Notes under the pieces: generated by a model
What the model was told of the DNA's origin: nothing
What the model saw: only the letters and a program-made list of their open reading frames with translations
Database searches by the model: none
Made by a program: the position numbers and the translations under genes
Part shown: in pieces, positions 38,455 through 64,000 of the stretch
How the letters are laid out: each line of letters starts with the position of its first letter
How positions within the stretch are numbered: position 1 is the first letter of the stretch
DNA from: Leucoraja erinacea
Taxonomy: Eukaryota
Direction: 5' to 3'
Assembly (NCBI RefSeq): GCF_028641065.1
Contig: NC_073377.1
Location: 24,180,001-24,244,000, forward strand
DNA: 64,000 bases

Positions 38455-39130
38455 TCAGCCTGACACTGAGATCCTGCTGAAGATGGGCAGCCACTGGGTT
38501 GCGGGTACTGTTGGTGATGGTGGTGCTGGCGGCAGCAGCAACCTCCTCCCCACTCCCTTGCCCAGCCCCAAGCCCAGAGTCTGGGCCACCTCCAACTCCA
38601 GGATGCGGCTGAAGGTCGCCTGCAGAGTGGCACAGTCTAGCGCCGGGCCGGAGGAGGCTGAGGCCAGGCTGACGCTCTGGTGAGGCCGGGGCCCTCGCTC
38701 CTCCTTGGGGTTGTGTATGAAGTGGCAGCGGGTACCGTAGGGGCAGAAGCCAGTGGTGTGCAAGGTACGGCTTGTACTTTGCACACCACCGGCTTCTGCC
38801 CCAACGGTACCCGCTGCCACTTCATCCACAACCCCGAGGAGGAACCGCTATCCCAGGTACGACTTGTACTTGAGGCCGTGGGCGAATTGGCACTTGTAGT
38901 TGGAGCGGGATTGGGCTGAAGTTGGGCTGGCTGTGGGTTCTGTGGGTCTGTAGCCGCTGGTGCTGTTGGTTGGTCCGGTGGGAGAGGCGGAGATGAGGCG
39001 GAGGTGAGCTGGGGTTTGCGCTTCTCCGCTGTGGGCCTCAGGACCGGTGTCCCGTCCGGATGGGGATGGGACACTCGAATGGGGGGGGGGACGACCGGGG
39101 ACGCTCCAGTGGTGGTTCGGCAGCACTTGC
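38455..39130 (-). pseudogene. ZFP36/tristetraprolin-family (tandem CCCH) pseudogene fragment, rearranged
   Basis: KCQFAHG (end of finger 1), [21 protein letters not shown] (finger 2), and C-terminal [10 protein letters not shown] resembling the TTP-family NOT1-binding motif. Linker deleted, frame broken, internal inverted duplication. Confidence 0.8.
38701..38841. repeat. 68-bp inverted repeat (5-nt loop) formed by a duplicated CCCH finger
   Basis: 38701-38768 versus the reverse complement of 38774-38841: 5 mismatches counted by eye. Confidence 0.9.
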
Positions 39131-40129
39131 GGTCTACCCCCCCGCCCCCCCCCCGCAACTTTGGAGTAGTGTATTCCAAGAATTGAGTATCCAGATCTGC
39201 CCTATTTTGGTCCATCTTTTTCTTCATAACTGAAATAATCCCAATGACTTATTTTGCAGCCCACTAAACTGACACGTAATGGAATGCCTCATATGTTGAA
39301 TCACTCTTTTTGGGTAGAAGCATTCCATTAGATTTCAGTATTTAAGTAATCCAGTCCAATTGGAAAGTATCAAAGGTGACTGATGGGTGAAAACTACATA
39401 GGGGTTTACCATAATCTCTCCCTTTTTGCCTCTTTTCTCATGTGGGATTGTAGCTGGAACATACTCGCCGATAATCACCCATTGCTCCGTTGCAGTTTAA
39501 TATTTGGTTGTACTTTATCCTGACACACATTCCATCACATACCACTAATCGGAAACTTTCTCCATTTTAGAAAATCTAATCCAGTAATGGAAACAGTAAA
39601 GGGAAAAAGAAAAAAAGAAAAATCTAACCCAAACCTGAAGATCCCTATCACTCAAATCTTCTCCCACTGTTGATCGATTTGATTCACCCTCGTTCCCCAA
39701 ACCGCCGTGGCAATTGGCTCCTTAATTTTTCCAAAAACATACAGGTCCAGAAATTCATGTCCCTTGTCCTTCAATATTACCCTCATCAATATTGGCCAAT
39801 TAAAAGCACCCTAAAAAACAATGTACAGTTTTTGCACATTTACATAATTTCTTAAGTCTTTATGTCTCGCACACACATCAGGTTTTTTTGGAATACTCAG
39901 TCTCCAAACTGCGTCTGACGCCCAAGGCCCATTCTATCAACAACCTAACACCCACTTTTTTGTTTAAACTTTGTAGTCTTCTATTCAAGAATGAGGATTC
40001 CAGAACTGCTCTCTTTTGGTCCATATTTTTCCCCATAACTGTGAAATGATCCCTTATGACACATTTTGCAACACACAAAACCTACATACCACACTTCCTC
40101 AAACTGATATCATCTTTTCATATTTACAA

Positions 40130-41615
40130 AGGGGAAATCATGCTTGACTAATCTTCTGGAATTTTTTGAGAATGTAACTAGGAAAATGGACAATGGAGAG
40201 CCAGTGGATGTAGTGTGCCTGGACTTTCAGAAAGCCTTTGATAAGGTCCCAGATAATTCAATTCAATTCAATTCAACTTTAATGTCATCGCACAAATACA
40301 AGTATGAGTACAACGAAATGCAGTTTTGCATCAGTCCGTAGTAGTTGTGCATAAAGAAATAATTTAAAAAAAATAGAAAGAGAAAAGATACAGAATAATA
40401 AAAAAAACAGAATAATTAAACAATGGGGATGGAGGGACTGGAGAAATCTATCCGCGGGACTCCGAGTTCAGCAATGTGATGGTATTATTGTAGAAGCTGT
40501 TCCTCATCCTACTAGTACGTGACCTGAGGCTCCTGTACCGCCTCCCTGATGGGAGGAGGGCAAACAGTCCATGGTTGGGGTTAGTGGGCAAAATTAGAGC
40601 ACATGGTATTGGGGGTAGGGTACTGACATGGATAGAAAATTGGTTGGCAGACGGGAAACAAAGAATAGGATCCCTTTCAGAATGGCAGGCAGTGACTAGT
40701 GGGGTACCGCAAGGCTTGGTGCTGGGACCGCAGCTATTTACAATATACATTGATGATTTAGAGGAGGGGATTAGGGGTAATTAGCAAATTTGCAGATGAC
40801 ACAAAGCTGGGTCAGTGTGAACTGTGAGGAGGATGCTATGGGGATGCAGAGTGACTTGGACAAGGTGAGTGGGCAGATGCATGGCAGATGCAGTTTAATG
40901 TGGACACATGTGAGGTTATCCACCTTGGTGGCAAAAAAAGGAAGGCAGATTACTATCTGAATGGTGTCATGTCAGGAAAAGGGGAAGTACAACGAGATGT
41001 GGGTATCCTAGTTCATCAGTCACAGAAGGTAAGCATGCAGGTACAGCAGGCAGTGAAGAAAGCTAATGGCTCTTCGCTCCACAGATGCTGTGGCACCCAC
41101 TGAGTTTCTCCAGCATTTTTGTGTACCTAAAGCTAATGGCATGTTGGCCTTCATAACAAGAAGAGTTGAGTATAGGAGCAAAGAGATCCTTGTGCAGTTG
41201 TACAAGGCTCTAGTGAGACCACACCTGGAGTATTTGTGTGCAGTTTTGGTCACCAAATCTGAAGAAGGACATTCTTGCTATTGAGGGAGTGGCGGGACAG
41301 TCATATGTTGAAAGAATGAAGCAACTGGGCTTGTATACACTGGAATTTAGAAGGATGAGGGGATTTTATTGAAACATAAGATTATTAAGGGATTGGACAC
41401 TAGAGGCAGGAAACATGTTCCCAATGTTGGGGGATCCCAGAACCAGGGGCCAGTTTAGGAATAAAGACTAGGAGATGAGGAAAAACGTTTTCACCCAGAG
41501 AGTTGTGAATCTGTGAAATTCTCTGCCTCAGAAGGCAGTGGAGGCCAATTCTCTGGATGCTTTCAAGAGAGAGTTAGATAGAGCTCTTAAAGATAGCAGA
41601 ATCAAGGGATATGGG
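40130..41615 (+). mobile_element. CR1 LINE interrupted by a minus-strand Rex 3' end (about 40253-40580) and a pLTR fragment
   Basis: [10 protein letters not shown] | [12 protein letters not shown]; [19 protein letters not shown] on the opposite strand. Confidence 0.85.
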
Positions 41616-42199
41616 TTCATTAAGTCTGCTTCTACACAATACTTGCTTCTATCCAATCACCGTTTTCTTTTTTTATTTACTGCTGTATTCCAATACTTCT
41701 CTCTATTAATTTAGTTTAAAGTTGTCCATGAATCACAGCTGAGATGTAACTCACCCATCAACAAGGATAGTTTCTTCCCAGGTGATATCAGGCAACAGAA
41801 CTGTCCTTTCACCAACTGGTGTACGATTCCAACCTCATTGGATACTCTTAAAGGAATTTATCTTGCAATAAATGTTATACCCTCTATCCGATATCTGTGT
41901 ACTGTGGACGGCTTGTTTGTAATCTTGTACAGTCTTATCATTAACTGGATAGCACACAGCAAAAAGCTTTTCACTGTACCTCAGTACATGTGACAATAAT
42001 AAACTAAACTCACTGTTCAAGGTAAAAGGTGCGTGGGTGTTAAGGTTTCAAGGTTAGTTTATTGTCACATATACCAGTTAAGGTACAGTGAAATTTGAGT
42101 TACCGTACAGCCATACTAAGTGAAAAACTCCAAGACACACACCCACATAGAAGTTAACATAAATGTCCATCACAGTTGATTCCACATTCCAATTGTTCA

Positions 42200-43300
42200 A
42201 TTGCAGGAGGAGGCTACTAAAAGGGACAAAGAACGAAGGAGACAACTTGGATGTGTACTGGATTGTATGACTGGACTCTGGACCACTCCAGCAGGGCAAA
42301 CATGCATTACAGATTCTTTGGCAGTATGGGTTACAGAATGTATGCACAATGCAACCCATTGTGGTGCGAGGGCAGTAGGAGACTCTTTTGGCTAATTGGT
42401 AGCATCCAAGATTACAAACTTTAGCTCAGAAGGTAAGCAATAGTCGCCTGGTCTGCCAGAAATACAATCCAGGGAAAGGAATAGGATGCGAAGAGGGAAA
42501 AACACCATTGCCTATGGGCCCGTTCGAGACACTGACACTTCTATATTGAATTAGAAAGGTGAGAGGGTTATAAGTATGTACTTGTCATAGTCGATGTATT
42601 CAGCCGGTGGATCGAAGCTTATTCAACCCTTGATAATAAAGCGGCTACTGTTGTCAAGGTGTTAATGAGAGAAATTATCCCTAGATTTGGCATCCCTATT
42701 CAACTTAGTTCAGATAACAGTCCACACTTTATTGGACAAATCAATAAATAATTTTATGAACAGCTGGGGATCCGGCAGCAATTGCACTGTGCTTATCGAC
42801 CACAGGCTGCTGGACTTGTAGAATCAGACCCTTAAAACTAAATTAGCTAAATTAAACGCAGAGACTGGACTTGGTTGGATTAAATTACTCCCCATAGCTT
42901 TATCTCAGATGAGAGTCACGCCTGTAGGGAAATCTAGACAGCCCAACTGAAATTGTTTATGATAAACCCTGAAGAACACATTGGAATCAGAATGCAATGA
43001 AAATAATTAACTTCTATCATAGGACTGCGGAGATGACCAACTACATTCTAGCTTTGACCAGAGCATAGAGGGACTCACACTGTAGAGTAAAAGCAGTCTC
43101 TAGTTGGATGCCTTTGTTAGCAGCTTCAACTAAAGTTAAACCTGGAGACCATGTCCTTATAAAGAACTGGGTAAGGAAAGGATTAGAGGTTCACTGGGAA
43201 GGACCTTACCGGTTCTCCTAACGACCACAACAGCATTGAAAGTTAACAGGAGGAATGCGAGGGTACATCTTCATCACTGTAAGAGTATCATTGGAAATAG
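42200..43300 (+). mobile_element. Endogenous retrovirus pol integrase relic (class I/epsilon-like)
   Basis: HNATHCG zinc-binding start, YKYVLVIVDVFSRWIEAY, IIPRFGIPIQLSSDN, HCAYRPQAAGLVE, WEGPY.VLLTTTTALKV (GPY/F); stops and frameshifts. Confidence 0.85.
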
Positions 43301-45931
43301 GGACTAGCTTACTTCATTCCAGGTTCTCTGAGAAACTTCATATTCTAAGATTGTTAAGGGCTTGGACACACTCGAGGCAGGAAACACGTTCCCGATTTGG
43401 GGGGAATCCAGAACCAGGGGCCACAGTTTAAGAGTAAGGAGTAAGCCATTTAGAACGGAAACGAGGAAACACTTTTTCTCAGAGAGTGGTGAGTTTGTGG
43501 AATTCTCTGCCTCAGAGGGCGGTGGAAGCAGGTTCTCTGGGTGCTTTCAAGAGAGAGCTAGAAAGGGCTCTTAAAAACAGCAGAGTCAGGAGATATGGGG
43601 AGAAGGCAGGAATGGGGTACTGATTGGGGATGATCAGCCATGATCATTAGAGTGAGTTGTTGGAGGTTAAATATTAATCATCCATTTTTAAATGAAGTTG
43701 ATTAGAATGTGTGAGAGTACAAAGTTGTACAGTTGGAAAGCAAAGGAGAGGGGAAGGGAATGAATGAAATCGTAGAAGCATATTGCTGTAAGCTACAAAC
43801 CAAAGTTTATGTAAAGTTTTCCTCCTATTTATTCCTCCAGTAATTACCTCCAATTGTAGACATTACTAGAAACATAGAAAAATAGGTGCAGGAGTTGGCC
43901 ATTCGGTCCTTTGAGCCAGCACCGCCATTCAATATGATTATGGCTGATCATCTAAAATTATTACCCTGTTCCTGCTTTCCCCCCCATATCCCTTGATTCC
44001 TTTAGCCCAAAGAGCTAAATCTAACTCTCTCTTGAAAACCCCTACCTTGCCAGCTTGTGTAGCTATTTTCACCTTTTTTTCCCTTTTCATATTATTCTTA
44101 GATTACTTTGGTCCTCAGCCCTTTTTAGGAAAGCGATTAAACAGAAACTAAATTTAAACTGATATGTGCACTCACTTCAGCCTCAATTTGACATGCAATG
44201 CCGAGGGTTCCCTAACCTACATCCTTTCCACTACAGGAATTTAATGTTGAAAGAGTGCATCGTTTTTCAGATGAATTCGTATCCCCCCCTTCCAAAACGA
44301 CAAGAGTTTTATTTAAACCCGCTCCTGCTCCATTGCCGTAGGTGAAGAGCACTGAAATCTAAAGTTGTGTGAACCGAGTGTCACGCACAAGAGAAGCAGC
44401 TGCTAGGAAACTCTAAGGATAAGAAATACGCTAATTTGTGTTGATTGATAGTTTTCCTTATTAGCTTTGAAAATGGAGACAGTAAATTTGAACCCAAGAA
44501 TTTCCATCATATGTAACAGAATTAAACATTGAATTGTCTGACTAGAGTCATAAAGTCACACCGCATGGAAACAGGCCCTTCGACCTAACTTGCCCATGCA
44601 GGTCAAGATGCACCAGTCCAGAACCAGGGTCCACAGCTTAAGAATAAGGGGCAAGCCATTTAGAACGGAGACAAGGAAACACTTTTTCACACAGAGAGTT
44701 GTGAGTCTGTGGAATTCCCTGCCAGGGCATATGGGGAGAAGGCAGGAATGGGGTACTGATTGGGGATGATCAGCCATGATCACATTGAATGGCAGTGCTG
44801 GCTCGAATGGCACCTATTCTGCACCTATTGTCTTGTCTACACTAGCCCCACCTGACCACATTTGCCCATATGCCTCCAACCCTTTCCTATCCACGTGCCT
44901 ATCCAGATGCCTTTTGACTAACCAAAACATTTTCACACAGAGGAACCAAAGTTCCTATAATCTTTTTGGCTCTGCCTTTAAAAAATAAAAAAAATGAACA
45001 AAAAAACAACCAATTCTTAAATTCTATTGTTGCCAATGCCAAGCCAGTTTCCAAATGATTTGGTAATCTTGCGGTTTTCCTTGGGAGTGAAGACCAGTGA
45101 TAACAACAGGTGTTAAAGGCTAATGGTATGAATTTGAGATTTTTAGAATCCCGTCATGAATTTGTGGTTCAACAAAATATGTTGAAATAATTAAACAAAA
45201 ATAACTGAATCTTACATGTTTAATTATCCTTATTTAGTACAGAAAATAATCCTGAAAATATACAAGCATATTATCTAACGCTTCAAGGCAAATAATAGTT
45301 TAAAAATGAAGAACATTTATGCTAAATATTTAATTATCTTTGAAAAAAAGTTAAGCTCAGAAAATAAAAATGGCAGTGCAGATTTTAAATGTTACTTCAC
45401 ATCTGGATTTCAGAGTTTGAATAATGGAAATATAGAATTCCATTTTTAATAAAATTCTATCATATTTGGTAAGGCATTAAAGGTGAAACATTTGGTAATT
45501 CACAAATGCTAATAAAATTGAGCAAAGAACATAAATCTACATAAATGTTAACATGAAAAACACCAGTTGCTCAGGTAGTTTCTGCAAATCAATAAAACAA
45601 AATTCTGCTCTTTTTTGTATTATTCACAACAGTCTCATAAATGAAAATTCATAAAATGTTGCCACGTAGCAACAGGAGATTAATGCTTGGAAAACAGATA
45701 ATCTCTTCTTTACATTTTAAATATATTAGTTGGCCCCTGCAGAATAGATTTCCTTGTCTTTCTTTTGTGCAAATTGGAAGGATTGCAGATCTCACAACAT
45801 GGAAAGTCATACAGTATATTGAACGTGTTGGAAACTTCCTCCACTTGATCCTGAGATTTAAAAAAAAGTTTTCCTCTCTGTAATTTTTTTTTTCAATAAA
45901 AAATGTCAAGAAGTCAAATGGAGTGATGTCT

Positions 45932-61791
<15,860 letters not shown>

Positions 61792-62086
61792 CTGAAAAGA
61801 TATTTAATAACATTAATATAATATAAATTTATGGCAACAGTACTGCAGATACGATGCCGATTATACTCAGCACCACTCTTGCTGCACAAGATCACAGTTC
61901 TTTAGTGCATTCAGATATCTTTTTGAACAAATATTGCTTACAAAATATGATTTTGTATTGCTTACATTATAAGATTTGTAATGTTCCGTGGAAGGGATCC
62001 CTTCTGGAACAGTTGGATGTTAAAAAAAATAAAATAGTCCATCCTAAAGCTACAAAGCTATTAATCAGATATGCATTAATCAAGAG

Positions 62087-64000
62087 GTATTCAGTGTTCA
62101 GTATTTATTTAATATAATTTTAACTGAGTACTTGCATACACAGATGAAACGAAAAAACTGTTTCTCGATCAGTTTCTATTCATTGTAGTTAATAAAAACA
62201 GGATGAATACATAGAGCTTTAAAAAAATTTAAATGACCATATCTAAAAACAAAAAGTAGGCGTAAAAATTACAACCATATTAAAACAGACATTCCGGTCG
62301 ACTGTGGTTTTGCTTCGACAGATGCCCAGCTGTCAAAGTTTGGGTGAGGTTGAACGTGTTGGTGAACGTTATATGGGGAGGGGACACCGTTTTTTTTTTA
62401 ATTTTTTTATTTTATTTTTATTAGAAGTACGGTAAATTACACTACTACACACAACACATATATCTTAATACATTTTTTGTACCGCTTCATTTTTTTTGAG
62501 CTTTAAGAAAAAGGTAGAAGTAAGGAAAGTAAAGAAAGTGCGTGAGAGTCGTGAAGTGCAAGAGTGTTGGGAAAAGAAAGCCCCTTAGAAAAGAAGTTAG
62601 AGAAGGAAGTAAAGTGAGAAAATAGATCCTAGAAAAGAAAGAAAAAGAAAATAGGAACAATCGCTCTATTATAACATTAAACTCCGCAGAAAGGGGGCTA
62701 CCAACCAAGTCTGTTTTTGTTGTTTTACCTCCCGTTACCAGGTCCTGATACCACTTATTTATTTGTTTATTTAAATTACTATTGCACCTCATATCCAGAT
62801 AGGTCCAGAAACATAGACCACGTCTTTTGAAATTGGTCTGCTTTACCTGCTAAGAGGAATCTCATCTCTTCCAGATGTAATGTTTCAAACATGGGAGGGG
62901 ACACCGTTAATCAGTCTTATTGCCTGTGGGAAGAAGCTGTGTAGCATCCTGCTGGTTTTGCAGCTGATGCTCCTGTACCTCTTCCCAGATGGCAGAATGG
63001 AGAAGATGTGGTGTGATGGATGATGGGGGTCCTTGATGAAGGAGATGGCTCTGCTGATGCTCCGCTTCTTATAGATCTCCACCAGGAAAGGGAGTGGGGC
63101 ACCAATGATCCTGCTGGCTGTCTTCACTATCCTTTGGAGTTGATTTTGCTCATAAGCCTTGCAGCTCCCAAACCAGGAAGCGATGCCGTAGGTCAATATA
63201 CTCTCGATGGTGCCCCTGTACAAGGTCCTTAGATGAACAGTAGGGAGATCTGCTTTTCTTAGTCTCCAGAGAGGGTGGAGCCGCTGCTGAGCTCTTTTGA
63301 TGACTGGTGTGGTGTTGGTCATAGAGGTCAGGTCATCCGCCAGGTGAAGTCCCAAGAACTTCACACTGCTGACCCTCTCCACAGCAACACCATCAATATG
63401 CAGCGGTGTGTGATGGTGTTTTCCAGCCCTGCTGAAATCGATCACCATTTCCTTAGTCTTTTCCACGTTGAGGGTGAGATTGTGAGATCTGCACCACTCT
63501 GTAAGCAGCTCCACCTCCAACCTGTACGCCGACTCATTGTTGTCGCTGATGAGACCCACCACTGTTGTGTCATCAGAGAACCTGTTGATATAATTATTGT
63601 TGAGTCTGGCAGTACAGTCATGAGTAAGCAGACTAAACAGCAGGGGGCTTGGGACACAGCCTTGGGGTGGGCCAGTGCTCACAGCGATGGTTCTTGATGT
63701 CTGACTACCCACCCTGACTCTCTGCTGCCGTTGTGTCAGAAAGTTAAGGACCCAGTTGCAAGTGCCAGTATCCACCTTCAATAGCTTCAGCTTCTCCACC
63801 AGCTGCTGTGGGATGATTGTGTTAAAAGCAGAGCTGAAGTCTATAAAGAGGATCCTGGCGTAGGTGTTCTTCCGGTCGAGATGTGCGAGGTTGTGTTGTA
63901 GAGACTGCATCCTCTGTGGACCGGTTGGCTCCATAAGCGAACTGCAGTGGGTCTAGGTCGGCTGGGAGACAATTTTATGGGAGTCATGGGAGCATTACAT
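62087..64000 (-). mobile_element. Rex1/Babar-type LINE with long open RT frame (349-aa ORF 62885-63934)
   Basis: [50 protein letters not shown]; 3' part separated by an L1 insertion. Confidence 0.9.
62392..62892 (-). mobile_element. 5'-truncated L1-type element with poly(A) tail and 16-bp TSD
   Basis: TSD GGGAGGGGACACCGTT at 62376-62391 and 62893-62908; ORF2-like tail LEEMRFLL..FQKTWSMFL; AATAAA plus poly(A). Confidence 0.8.

Noticed and set aside
38237-38683. 148-aa + strand ORF downstream of the TATA-like motif
   Set aside because: Antisense shadow of the GC-rich ZFP36 fragment; no recognisable protein
38455-39227. Functional ZFP36-family gene
   Set aside because: Finger 1 and the linker are deleted, the frame is broken by an inversion and stop, and no start exon is visible
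61795-62086. Next upstream ATP8B1 exon
   Set aside because: No ETAENIG-like peptide with splice sites found; it probably lies beyond the window

Overview
Eukaryotic (vertebrate) genomic DNA, most likely from a cartilaginous fish (skate/ray), judged from HE1/V-type SINEs and the abundant CR1, Rex/Babar and Penelope repeats. It holds two minus-strand protein-coding genes in the order known from human 18q21. The first is a complete NARS1 (cytoplasmic asparaginyl-tRNA synthetase): 15 coding exons at 36759-4628, 560 aa, with a CpG-island promoter. The second is the 3' eight exons of ATP8B1 (P4-ATPase flippase) at 61791-45932. Introns and the intergenic gap carry many nested mobile elements: CR1, Rex/Babar, L1, Penelope-like elements with minimal hammerhead ribozyme motifs, an IR/DR Tc1, Harbinger MITEs, a 735-bp palindromic MITE, a TIR element with a 7-bp TSD, Helitrons and ERV relics. 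The most unusual signals are (1) two 17/24-bp inserts with 8-bp TSDs in the NARS1 promoter/5' UTR that resemble P-element excision footprints, (2) a ZFP36/TTP-family pseudogene whose CCCH finger is inverted-duplicated into a 68-bp hairpin, downstream of an antisense CCAAT/NRF1/TATA cassette, and (3) about a dozen hammerhead-ribozyme motifs in Penelope pLTR-derived repeats. There is an assembly gap at 49144-49286. Exon boundaries were read by hand; repeat boundaries are approximate unless a TSD is quoted.
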